Assembly: GCF_003019035.1 (NCBI RefSeq)
Contig: NZ_CP027447.1
Direction: 5' to 3' (one strand)
Length of the DNA stretch: 64,000 nt
Source of the DNA: Escherichia coli
GTDB taxonomy: Bacteria; Pseudomonadota; Gammaproteobacteria; Enterobacterales; Enterobacteriaceae
Each line of letters opens with the position of its first letter. Within the stretch, counting starts at the first letter, position 1. Shown piece after piece: positions 34,104-43,019 of the stretch. The notes below the pieces were generated by a model that saw nothing but the letters and a program-made list of their open reading frames with translations, ran no database searches and was not told the origin of the DNA. Position numbers and translations under genes: made by a program.

Positions 34104-34967
34104 TCAGGCCTCCAATTCGTCCGTTCCGTCTGGTTGCCAGCCTTCCGTATACCAGATATGCAACAGCGCATAAGAACACCAGGGCTTCCAGCGTTCGGCA
34201 TAACGGCGGATTTGTGCCGGTGTCATTCCCGGAAATCGCTGTTTAATCAGATAATCATCCGGCAGGAAAACATCTTTCGCCTGCCAGCCACGTAAGGCGA
34301 AATAATTCGCCGTCCAGCGCCCGATACCCGGAAAAGTTTGCAGCGTTTTCATCGCTTGTTCTACGTCGCCCGGTATTGTCATTGGTAAGGTGCCCTCCAG
34401 CGCCGCATTTGCCAGATGAATCAGTGCCTCTGCCCGTTTCAACGGCATACCTAACGCTTTTAATGCCTGCGGGTCGGCTGCAGCCAGCCGCTGAGGCGTG
34501 GGGAAGCAGACATAATCCGGAAAATCATCCAGCCGTTCGCCATAAAGCTGTGCCACTCTGGCGGTCAATTTTGCCGCCATCGCCACGCTCACCAGTTGGC
34601 CTAAAATCGCCCGCACGCCCTGCTCAAAAGCATCAACACTGCCGGGTAAACGCAATCCGGGCCGCGCCGCGCCTAACTTGCCCAACGCACCGTTAACAAT
34701 CTGCGGGTTACATTGCAGATCAAACAGGCGGCTCATTTTCGCCAGACACTCTGCGGCAACAGGTTCTAAACCTGCACTTAAATTTATGTGCAGAGTATGG
34801 CGGGCTATATCCGGAATAGCAGTCACCACGCCGCGATATTCGCCCATCGCCAGACTACGGGCATAATAATCGTCAGCGACCGTTTCCACACCGTTCACCG
34901 CACGGGCGGCGAGAAATCCCAACATCCACGACCAGTCATACGGCGGCTGCCAGTTCAGGGTATACAT
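34104..34967 (-). CDS. alkA: 3-methyladenine DNA glycosylase II
   Basis: 287-aa ORF MYTLNWQPPYDWSWMLGFLAARAV…; C-terminus (…WQPDGTDELEA) is a few residues longer than the K-12 protein as I remember it. Confidence 0.9.
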   Translation of the reverse strand: MYTLNWQPPYDWSWMLGFLAARAVNGVETVADDYYARSLAMGEYRGVVTAIPDIARHTLHINLSAGLEPVAAECLAKMSRLFDLQCNPQIVNGALGKLGAARPGLRLPGSVDAFEQGVRAILGQLVSVAMAAKLTARVAQLYGERLDDFPDYVCFPTPQRLAAADPQALKALGMPLKRAEALIHLANAALEGTLPMTIPGDVEQAMKTLQTFPGIGRWTANYFALRGWQAKDVFLPDDYLIKQRFPGMTPAQIRRYAERWKPWCSYALLHIWYTEGWQPDGTDELEA

Positions 34968-35100
34968 CGCATCTCCTTGTTAATCCGCTTTCAGCATAAA
35001 CGTTATTCAGACGCTACGCTTTGCTTTCATATTCCGGTTGTCGCGACGGCAACATTTCGCTAAAGTCACGCCCCTTCTTCACCGGCATGGGGATTATTTC

Positions 35101-36453
35101 GTGTTTATTGGTTTTGATTACGGTACAGCAAACTGTTCAGTGGCGGTCATGCGTGACGGTAAACCGCATTTGCTAAAAATGGAAAACGACAGCACGCTGC
35201 TGCCTTCAATGCTTTGCGCGCCAACGCGTGAAGCGGTAAGCGAATGGCTGTACCGCCATCATGATGTTCCGGCAGACGACAATGAAACGCAGGCGCTGTT
35301 ACGTCGGGCGATTCGTTATAACCGCGAAGAAGATATCGATGTCACGGCGAAAAGCGTGCAGTTCGGTCTTTCTTCACTGGCACAATACATTGATGATCCG
35401 GAAGAAGTGTGGTTTGTGAAATCACCAAAATCGTTCCTCGGTGCCAGCGGCTTAAAACCGCAGCAGGTAGCGCTGTTTGAGGATCTGGTCTGCGCAATGA
35501 TGCTGCACATTCGCCAACAGGCGCAGGCGCAGCTGCCGGATGCGATTACTCAGGCGGTGATTGGTCGTCCGATCAACTTCCAGGGGCTGGGTGGCGATGA
35601 AGCAAACACCCAGGCGCAAGGGATTCTGGAACGCGCGGCAAAGCGTGCCGGGTTTAAGGACGTGGTATTCCAGTACGAGCCGGTCGCGGCTGGGCTGGAT
35701 TACGAAGCCACCTTGCAGGAAGAAAAACGGGTGCTGGTGGTGGATATCGGCGGTGGTACGACTGACTGCTCATTGCTGCTGATGGGGCCGCAGTGGCGTT
35801 CGCGTCTCGATCGTGAAGCCAGCCTGCTGGGTCATAGTGGTTGCCGTATTGGTGGTAACGATCTGGATATCGCGCTGGCGTTTAAAAACCTGATGCCGTT
35901 ACTGGGCATGGGGGGCGAAACCGAAAAAGGCATCGCCCTGCCGATTCTGCCGTGGTGGAATGCGGTTGCCATCAACGACGTACCTGCGCAAAGTGATTTC
36001 TACAGTAGTGCCAACGGTCGTCTGCTTAACGATCTGGTACGCGATGCCCGCGAACCGGAAAAAGTGGCCCTGTTACAGAAAGTCTGGCGTCAGCGTTTAA
36101 GCTATCGCCTGGTACGTAGCGCAGAAGAGAGCAAAATTGCGCTTTCAAGCGTAGCAGAAACCCGCGCCTCACTGCCGTTTATCAGCGATGAACTGGCTAC
36201 GCTGATTAGCCAGCAAGGGCTGGAAAGCGCCCTCAACCAGCCACTGGCGCGGATTCTGGAACAGGTGCAACTGGCGCTGGATAACGCCCAGGAAAAACCG
36301 GATGTCATCTATCTGACTGGTGGTAGCGCCCGATCGCCGCTGATTAAAAAAGCGCTGGCAGAACAGTTGCCGGGCATTCCGATTGCAGGCGGCGATGACT
36401 TTGGCTCCGTCACCGCCGGGCTGGCACGCTGGGCGGAAGTGGTGTTTCGTTAA
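35101..36453 (+). CDS. yegD: Hsp70-family (actin-like ATPase) protein YegD; GTG start
   Basis: VFIGFDYGTANCSVAV… DnaK-like phosphate-1 motif; GTG at 35101 gives the 450-aa product. Confidence 0.88.
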   Translation: MFIGFDYGTANCSVAVMRDGKPHLLKMENDSTLLPSMLCAPTREAVSEWLYRHHDVPADDNETQALLRRAIRYNREEDIDVTAKSVQFGLSSLAQYIDDPEEVWFVKSPKSFLGASGLKPQQVALFEDLVCAMMLHIRQQAQAQLPDAITQAVIGRPINFQGLGGDEANTQAQGILERAAKRAGFKDVVFQYEPVAAGLDYEATLQEEKRVLVVDIGGGTTDCSLLLMGPQWRSRLDREASLLGHSGCRIGGNDLDIALAFKNLMPLLGMGGETEKGIALPILPWWNAVAINDVPAQSDFYSSANGRLLNDLVRDAREPEKVALLQKVWRQRLSYRLVRSAEESKIALSSVAETRASLPFISDELATLISQQGLESALNQPLARILEQVQLALDNAQEKPDVIYLTGGSARSPLIKKALAEQLPGIPIAGGDDFGSVTAGLARWAEVVFR

Positions 36454-36465
36454 TTGAAAAATGGC

Positions 36466-38412
36466 TCAGCAGCGGCTTAAATCAGCCTGCGCCTGAGCCA
36501 GTTTTTCTGCCGCCTGACGTAGCGGCTCCATCAACGGCATGGTCCGTGCTGGAGCATGAAGGCGGAATCGCTGCAACTCTGTCGCACCGACAGTCAACGC
36601 CGATTCCAGCCGATGTCGTTTGGCGGCCATTTTAGTCAGTACCGCTTGTCTGTCTGCTGGCGTTACCGCTTCATTCGGCCTGAACACAAAACGGCGTTCG
36701 CAACTCGCTTTCCAGTCGATAACCGCCTGTGTCAGATGATCACCAAACCCTTTCACTTGCTTAACGCCACGACGGGTAACATCTGCGGCGGTTTCAATAC
36801 CAAAAGACCGTAACGCCGCTTTACGCGCTGGGCCTACGCCGGGAATAGAGGCAGCATCGATAAAAAATCCCTCCAGAAACTTCTGCTTCTGCCGTTCCCT
36901 TGCGTTGTCCTGAAGTGCTGCCAGAGCGCGTTTCTCCTCTTCCGGTAACCCAAGAATTTCGTCCTTCATTTTTTCGAGCATCGTCCGTTTGGCTATAAAA
37001 CCTTCCTGCCCGCCCAACTGTTGGATCTGGCTGACTAAATGGTCATAGTCCATTTTCGCGCGATTAAACGCCTCACGGCGTTGCTGGATTTCTGCTTTGT
37101 ACGCTTTGCTTGTCAGGCTGCCAATAATCCAGATAGCCGACAGCACAGGAACCAAAATAATATAACGTGGTTCTGTCTGAAGGCCGCAAAGCAACAGCGA
37201 TAACGCTGACAGTGCGATCTCAATCAGAATGATGTATTCACGCCGTAACAGGCCTAAAGGAAGCGGCCTGCCAGTCGGTTGGAAATGATCGGGTAATGGC
37301 AGTTGCAATGCTGGCGGTGCTACTGACGCCATCACCATCGCCCAGACTTTCGCCAGCACAAAATCACCGCTGGTGGTAATGACCTCTTCGCCGAGATCAA
37401 TAAAATAGATAACGCCTTGATTATCCAGAGCACACCACGGGCAGTCAGCCAAATGACCGGGATAAACATGCATTGCCGAAACGGTACATTTCTTTAACTG
37501 TTGGCGTAGTAAATCAAGTGCCGCTACCCACGCTTTTGCCGTCGGACGCCCGGTTGCCACGCCACTTTCCGTGAATGCCTGCTGAAACATGGCTTCAACA
37601 TCGCCCGGTAACATCGACAGCGGAATAGATCGTGGCGGCGGTTTTAAACCACGTCGCTGATTATCTGACGCGTAGGCATAACGGAAATGGGCAATATCCG
37701 TCTCCAGTGCATTACCCGCATCAGAGACAAGCGGTACACCGGAATAAGGATGCCGCCCACCAAACAAGACGTGAAAAATCAGCAACGCAAGGCCAAAATT
37801 ATCGTGATTCGCGGTGCGTTCAAAGCCAACAAATGACGACAAGGTTTGCAGCTCTGGCGACGTAAAATGCGACACGCCCACTTCGCATAAATGCAGCGTT
37901 CCATTGGCGTTAATCTGAAAGGAGTCGCTATCAATCAACACCACTTTGCTGTCACGGCCTACCATAAAGCTGTTCTGGTTTACGTCACCCACGACGTGCC
38001 CGTGCTCGTGAACCGTAGCAAAAGATGAAGCAATATTGCGCGCAACATAGAGGAGAAAATCCCACGCACAATGAGGGTAACTCTGACGACGATGTGCCGG
38101 GCTATAGATCATATGAATCGGTTCTTTACCTGAAACCTTCGGCATCATAAAACCGATAACCTTTCCGCCTCGTCCACCGTGAAGCGTTGCCTGCGGCCAG
38201 GCGACATAATTCAACAACTGCGCGTCAGCTGTCGCAGCCATAAAGGCAAGTTTGTCCTGTTTTAAGGCGGGTGGCGGCGTGTGATAAATCTTGGCGACGC
38301 TATCGGCAAACTCCTCGATATCATAAACCGCACCTTCACCGCCTTTGCCCAGTTCACGGCCGAGAGTGGTCAATTCACCTGTCGATGTAAATACTTTTAT
38401 ATTTGTCTTCAT
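36466..38412 (-). CDS. yegI: Atypical Ser/Thr protein kinase YegI (N-terminal kinase-like domain, central TM segments, C-terminal helix-hairpin-helix-like region)
   Basis: 648-aa ORF; Gly-rich loop GKGGEGAVY, catalytic-loop-like HVVGDVNQNS, TM stretch …ILIEIALSALSLLLCGL…, C-terminal …IPGVGPARKAALRSFGIETAADV…. Confidence 0.88.
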   Translation of the reverse strand: MKTNIKVFTSTGELTTLGRELGKGGEGAVYDIEEFADSVAKIYHTPPPALKQDKLAFMAATADAQLLNYVAWPQATLHGGRGGKVIGFMMPKVSGKEPIHMIYSPAHRRQSYPHCAWDFLLYVARNIASSFATVHEHGHVVGDVNQNSFMVGRDSKVVLIDSDSFQINANGTLHLCEVGVSHFTSPELQTLSSFVGFERTANHDNFGLALLIFHVLFGGRHPYSGVPLVSDAGNALETDIAHFRYAYASDNQRRGLKPPPRSIPLSMLPGDVEAMFQQAFTESGVATGRPTAKAWVAALDLLRQQLKKCTVSAMHVYPGHLADCPWCALDNQGVIYFIDLGEEVITTSGDFVLAKVWAMVMASVAPPALQLPLPDHFQPTGRPLPLGLLRREYIILIEIALSALSLLLCGLQTEPRYIILVPVLSAIWIIGSLTSKAYKAEIQQRREAFNRAKMDYDHLVSQIQQLGGQEGFIAKRTMLEKMKDEILGLPEEEKRALAALQDNARERQKQKFLEGFFIDAASIPGVGPARKAALRSFGIETAADVTRRGVKQVKGFGDHLTQAVIDWKASCERRFVFRPNEAVTPADRQAVLTKMAAKRHRLESALTVGATELQRFRLHAPARTMPLMEPLRQAAEKLAQAQADLSRC

Positions 38413-38612
38413 AATGTTTCAAGGGCAGTCATATTATATTTCAATGAATAATAACACTTCCCATTATAATTATTTCTATATTGGAAGAGTCCAACTCAAG
38501 AATAAAAATGATAATGCAATTTCATCAGGATACAATTCAATTCCAACCTGATAATGATTCACTTCCACAGGTTTTTTGCTAACTTTTACTACACAGGGAT
38601 TCTGGAGAAAAA

Positions 38613-39074
38613 ATGAAAAAGATATTACTTATGTTGAGTCTGCTATTTTTTACTACCGCAAGCTATTGTGAGATTTCGGATACGTTAGTGACAGGAGGTT
38701 ATGATAAAAAGGCGATGTCTGACGCGATTAAACATGCGCGGAAAGAAACCGATCAATTCATCGAAGTTATGAATAAAAAAGATGCTGATACTTTCGCGGT
38801 CAAAGCCCCGATAACCGATCGCGGAGAAACCGAGCATTTCTGGCTCACGGATGTCACTTATTCTAACGGCATGTTTATTGGTATAATAAGCAATGACCCT
38901 GGTATTGTTACAAACGTAGAATATGGCCAGGAGTGGAAAATCAAGAAAGAAGATATTTCAGACTGGATGTATACGCGCGGGGATAAAATTTACGGTGGTT
39001 ATACCATTGATCCTTTATTGGTCACCTATCCAAAAGAAGAAGCCGACGAGCTAAGAGCAAAATTAGTTCGCTAG
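38613..39074 (+). CDS. yegJ: Small secreted protein YegJ (signal peptide)
   Basis: 153-aa ORF MKKILLMLSLLFFTTASYC…; RBS ggag 7 nt upstream; AT-rich. Confidence 0.85.
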   Translation: MKKILLMLSLLFFTTASYCEISDTLVTGGYDKKAMSDAIKHARKETDQFIEVMNKKDADTFAVKAPITDRGETEHFWLTDVTYSNGMFIGIISNDPGIVTNVEYGQEWKIKKEDISDWMYTRGDKIYGGYTIDPLLVTYPKEEADELRAKLVR

Positions 39075-39138
39075 CCAGCCATTATATTGATTGCTTAAAC
39101 TGGCGGTTGAACCGTTGTATTCAACCGCCATGCGATGT

Positions 39139-39900
39139 TCATTCTGTCCACATAGCCAGTGCTAACGTTTTATCATCATCGGTACGCTCGTTTACCGCTG
39201 GGCTGGACAAAAACTGCTTTAACAATTCAGGTAATAAATCGAGTTGTTCCTGCGTTGCTGACGCCAGTCCATTGAAAAACGGGGTAAAGAAAGGCACATG
39301 CGGAGAATTATCCAGCATATTTAACGCCAGTCTCTGAATACCATCCGTAAATGCTGCAACTCTATGCGCACGCTCAGTGCTGGTGAAAGTTTCCAGTCTG
39401 AAAACGGCATCTTCATCGGTAATGAAATGCGTCATGTTGGCATATTCACCCACCATCGGCGTGAGAGGCAATTGCAGACCGTGACCCAAATCTACCACCA
39501 CGCCGCCATCGCCAATCTGCATAATCAAGGTGCCGTCAGGCGATGAAATCAGTCCCAGAAATGTGCAGGCAAAATCGCGAACCGCTAATTCTTTGGCTTC
39601 CGCCTCGGCAAAAAGTCGCTGACGAACGGTCAGCACAATATCCGTTGCGAGGACATCATTAAGCCCCAATTCCCCGCCCTGCACTTTTTGCATCATATAA
39701 GCCATCGCTTCATTGACGGCAAGCGTCGCACCTTCGCCACCCTGCGAAACGCTGCCTGCGCCATCAGCGACAAATACCGTCAATAATGGCTGCTGGTCTT
39801 CTAGCCAGGCAACCTGCATCTGGCAGGCATCCTGGCAAGGCAAGTCCGCGCTGATGTGCGACGTTCCAACGGTTGATGCATAGACCAGACGCCAGCTCAC
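39139..39900 (-). CDS. yegK: PP2C-family Ser/Thr protein phosphatase YegK (PphC)
   Basis: 253-aa ORF with PP2C-like DGAGS motif; overlaps yegL by 4 nt. Confidence 0.88.
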   Translation of the reverse strand: MSWRLVYASTVGTSHISADLPCQDACQMQVAWLEDQQPLLTVFVADGAGSVSQGGEGATLAVNEAMAYMMQKVQGGELGLNDVLATDIVLTVRQRLFAEAEAKELAVRDFACTFLGLISSPDGTLIMQIGDGGVVVDLGHGLQLPLTPMVGEYANMTHFITDEDAVFRLETFTSTERAHRVAAFTDGIQRLALNMLDNSPHVPFFTPFFNGLASATQEQLDLLPELLKQFLSSPAVNERTDDDKTLALAMWTE

Positions 39901-40556
39901 ACTGACGTCCAGCCTTTTGGCGCTTCCAGCACAACTTCCGTTCCCGGCGTGGAGCGGGAAACCGAACGCAGCGAACTGGATAACCAGCTAAATAGTTCGC
40001 GGAATTGTAATCCTTGAAGAGGCAAAGGCTGACGAACGCTGATTTGGGCCAGCGTCTTCATATCCGCCCCCTGAACACCGATGGAAAAGAAGGCAAACTT
40101 CTTATCTTCTTCCCCCTGAAACACCTTGTTGGCAGCAGCCTGCCACTCATCGGTTGGTGCGCCATCGGTAATCAGGAAAATCCACGGACGATAATAGGAA
40201 ATACCATTGGCGCGATACTCACGTTTGCGCTCCTCAACCATATTCAGGGCTTTGGTAATGGCGGCGCCCATTGGTGTATCCCCATGGGCAAACAGGATGG
40301 GCGGGAAAAAATTAGCGGCGCTGGTAAAGGGTTGTTCCACATGCACTGGGCCGAACGTCACAATACCGAGTTCCACTCTTTTTAAGGCCAGCGGGTCGGC
40401 AAGCAGCTCATCGCGAAAGGTAACCAATCCGGCGTTAAGTTCATTAATGGGTCTACCGTTCATAGAACCAGAAACATCCAGCAGCAAAATGCAGGGGCAA
40501 CGTGGTTCCGGGTTACTGGCAAAATCGCTGGTGGCAAACGTGATTTGTTCGCTCAT
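39897..40556 (-). CDS. yegL: von Willebrand factor A (vWA) domain protein YegL
   Basis: 219-aa ORF; MIDAS motif [11 protein letters not shown]. Confidence 0.88.
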   Translation of the reverse strand: MSEQITFATSDFASNPEPRCPCILLLDVSGSMNGRPINELNAGLVTFRDELLADPLALKRVELGIVTFGPVHVEQPFTSAANFFPPILFAHGDTPMGAAITKALNMVEERKREYRANGISYYRPWIFLITDGAPTDEWQAAANKVFQGEEDKKFAFFSIGVQGADMKTLAQISVRQPLPLQGLQFRELFSWLSSSLRSVSRSTPGTEVVLEAPKGWTSV

Positions 40557-40736
40557 AAGAAATCCTTTCTTAGAGAATTATTGAGGTCCGGTATCATACC
40601 GATTGCAATAATGAAATAAGAGCAAACGAAGAAACTTTCAGAATTAGGCCCGGCGGCGCAGAAAATTTTGCTATTCGCCTCGCAAGAACGGAGAGCCGTC
40701 GATTGACACTAAGGGCGGAGTGACATAATTTCAGGA

Positions 40737-40886
40737 GTGAGGGTTAGGGAGAGGTTTCCCCCTCCCCCTGGTGTTCTTAGTAAGCCTGGAAGCTAATCAC
40801 TAAGAGTATCACCAGTATGATGACGTGCTTCATCATAACCCTTTCCTTATTAAAAGCCCTCTTCTCCGGGAGAGGGTTTCCCGTTT
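40737..40886 (+). ncRNA. sibA: Sib antisense sRNA (type I antitoxin), copy 1; ends approximate
   Basis: -35 ttgaca (40703-40708), 17-bp spacer, -10 taattt (40726-40731); intrinsic terminator gccctcttctccgggagagggtttcccgtttc ending ~40886; fully antisense to ibs ORF. Confidence 0.6.
40777..40836 (-). CDS. ibsA: Type I toxin IbsA-like, 19 aa (MMKHVIILVILLVISFQAY)
   Basis: Reverse-complement translation; SD aaggaaag upstream; differs from remembered K-12 IbsA by one residue (P17Q). Confidence 0.8.
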   Translation of the reverse strand: MMKHVIILVILLVISFQAY

Positions 40887-41071
40887 CAGCGTCCCGCTGA
40901 AATCGTCGGCTTACCTCCTTTCGCCCTGAATGCAGTCTATCGCTAACGCGTGAACAAAATAGTTTCCTCTGTGATTATTCCGTAACGACTCGCAAAGAAT
41001 ATTTGCTGGCAGGATCGCAGACTACAAAGCCTGCGGATTGACAATCTTATCGTGAAGGCATAATTTCAGGA

Positions 41072-41214
41072 GTGAGGGTAGAGCGGGGTTTCCCCCGCCC
41101 TGGTAGTCTTAGTAAGCGGGGAAGCTTATGACTAAGAGCACCACGATGATGAGTATCTTCATCATGACCCTTTCCTTATTTATGGCCCCTTCCTCGGGAG
41201 GGGCTTTCCCGTTT
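41072..41214 (+). ncRNA. sibB: Sib antisense sRNA, copy 2; ends approximate
   Basis: -35 ttgaca 41038-41043, -10 taattt 41061-41066; terminator hairpin ggcccctcctcgggaggggc + ttcccgtttc (41184-41214). Confidence 0.6.
41109..41165 (-). CDS. ibsB: Type I toxin IbsB-like, 18 aa (MMKILIIVVLLVISFPAY)
   Basis: Reverse-complement translation with SD; hydrophobic Ibs-family peptide. Confidence 0.8.
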   Translation of the reverse strand: MMKILIIVVLLVISFPAY

Positions 41215-41399
41215 CAGCGTCCCGCTGAAATCGTCGGCTTACCTCCTTCTGTCCTGTATGCAGTCTATCGCTGACTTGCGGATAAAATAGTTTCCAATGT
41301 GATTATTGCGTAACGTCTCGCAAAGAATATTTGCTGGCAGGATCGCAGACTGCAAAGCCTGCAGATTGACAATATTATCGTGAAGGCATACTTTCAGGA

Positions 41400-41543
41400 G
41401 TGAGGGTAGAGCGGGGTTTCCCCCGCCCTGGTAGTCTTAGTAAGCCGGGAAGCTTATGACTAAGAGCACCACGATGATGATCCACTTCATCATGACCCTT
41501 TCCTTATTTAAGGCCCCTTCCTCGGGAGGGGCTTTCCCGTTTC
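41400..41543 (+). ncRNA. Sib antisense sRNA, copy 3; ends approximate
   Basis: -35 ttgaca 41366-41371, -10 tacttt 41389-41394; terminator hairpin 41512-41543. Confidence 0.55.
41437..41493 (-). CDS. Type I toxin Ibs-family, third copy, 18 aa (MMKWIIIVVLLVISFPAY)
   Basis: Reverse-complement translation; same frame/SD as copy 2 but with Trp at position 4. Confidence 0.7.
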   Translation of the reverse strand: MMKWIIIVVLLVISFPAY

Positions 41544-41700
41544 AGCGTCCCGCTGAAATCGTCGGCCTACCTCCTTTTGCCCTGAATGCAGTCTATCGCT
41601 AACGCGTAGATAAAATAGTTTCCTGTGTTATTACTGGATGCGTGCTCGCAAATGTGCCCGCCATTCAGACGATTCCCGATAGTGTTTCATAATTCCTCCA

Positions 41701-41719
41701 TTTTTCTCCCTGATTGGCT
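41701..41719 (+). promoter_or_regulatory. BaeR-binding box upstream of mdtA
   Basis: tttttctccctgattggct closely matches the BaeR consensus TTTTTCTCCATDATTGGCT (from memory); about 50 bp upstream of the mdtA start. Confidence 0.65.
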
Positions 41720-41771
41720 GGCTACACTAGTATCATTCCGCGAAACGTTTCAGGAAGAGAAACTCTTAACG

Positions 41772-43019
41772 ATGAAAGGCAGTTATAAATCCCGTTGGGT
41801 AATCGTAATCGTGGTGGTTATCGCCGCCATCGCCGCATTCTGGTTCTGGCAAGGCCGCAATGACTCCCGGAGTGCAGCCCCAGGGGCGACGAAACAAGCG
41901 CAGCAATCGCCAGCGGGTGGTCGCCGTGGTATGCGTTCCGGCCCATTAGCCCCGGTTCAGGCGGCGACCGCCGTAGAACAGGCTGTTCCGCGTTACCTCA
42001 CCGGGCTTGGCACCATTACCGCCGCTAATACTGTTACGGTGCGCAGCCGCGTGGACGGTCAACTGATGGCGTTGCATTTCCAGGAAGGCCAGCAGGTCAA
42101 AGCTGGCGATTTATTGGCAGAAATTGACCCCAGCCAGTTCAAAGTTGCATTAGCACAAGCCCAGGGCCAACTGGCAAAAGATAAAGCCACGCTTGCCAAC
42201 GCCCGCCGTGACCTGGCGCGTTATCAACAACTGGCAAAAACCAATCTCGTATCTCGTCAGGAACTGGATGCCCAACAAGCGCTGGTCAGTGAAACCGAAG
42301 GCACCATTAAGGCTGATGAAGCAAGCGTCGCCAGCGCACAGCTGCAACTCGACTGGAGCCGCATCACCGCACCAGTCGATGGTCGCGTTGGTCTCAAGCA
42401 GGTTGATGTTGGTAACCAAATCTCCAGTGGTGATACCACCGGGATTGTGGTGATCACCCAGACGCATCCTATCGATTTGCTCTTTACCCTGCCGGAAAGC
42501 GATATCGCTACCGTTGTGCAGGCGCAAAAAGCCGGAAAACCGCTGGTTGTTGAAGCCTGGGATCGCACCAACTCGAAGAAATTAAGTGAAGGCACGCTGT
42601 TAAGTCTCGATAACCAAATCGATGCCACTACCGGTACGATTAAAGTGAAAGCACGCTTTAATAATCAGGATGATGCACTGTTTCCCAATCAGTTTGTTAA
42701 CGCGCGTATGTTAGTCGACACCGAACAAAACGCCGTGGTGATCCCCACCGCCGCCCTGCAAATGGGCAATGAAGGCCATTTTGTCTGGGTGCTGAATAGC
42801 GAAAACAAGGTCAGCAAACATCTGGTGACGCCGGGCATTCAGGACAGTCAGAAAGTGGTGATCCGCGCAGGTATTTCTGCAGGCGACCGCGTAGTGACGG
42901 ATGGCATTGATCGTCTGACCGAAGGGGCGAAAGTGGAAGTGGTTGAAGCTCAAAGCGCCACCACTTCGGAAGAGAAAGCCACCAGCCGCGAATACGCGAA
43001 AAAAGGAGCGCGCTCCTGA
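41772..43019 (+). CDS. mdtA: Multidrug efflux RND membrane-fusion protein MdtA
   Basis: Start at [21 protein letters not shown] (415 aa); ORF-track upstream extension rejected. Confidence 0.93.
   Translation: MKGSYKSRWVIVIVVVIAAIAAFWFWQGRNDSRSAAPGATKQAQQSPAGGRRGMRSGPLAPVQAATAVEQAVPRYLTGLGTITAANTVTVRSRVDGQLMALHFQEGQQVKAGDLLAEIDPSQFKVALAQAQGQLAKDKATLANARRDLARYQQLAKTNLVSRQELDAQQALVSETEGTIKADEASVASAQLQLDWSRITAPVDGRVGLKQVDVGNQISSGDTTGIVVITQTHPIDLLFTLPESDIATVVQAQKAGKPLVVEAWDRTNSKKLSEGTLLSLDNQIDATTGTIKVKARFNNQDDALFPNQFVNARMLVDTEQNAVVIPTAALQMGNEGHFVWVLNSENKVSKHLVTPGIQDSQKVVIRAGISAGDRVVTDGIDRLTEGAKVEVVEAQSATTSEEKATSREYAKKGARS

Larger units (their letters stand above)
40700..41620. repeat. Three tandem ~330-bp ibs/sib (QUAD-type) repeat units
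   Basis: Units beginning ~40703, ~41038 and ~41366 share promoter, Ibs ORF, terminator hairpin and flanking sequence with high identity. Confidence 0.9.

Noticed and set aside
40700-41620. Possible CRISPR array suggested by tandem repeats
   Set aside because: Units are ~330 bp with no short repeat/spacer periodicity; they are ibs/sib toxin–antitoxin repeats.
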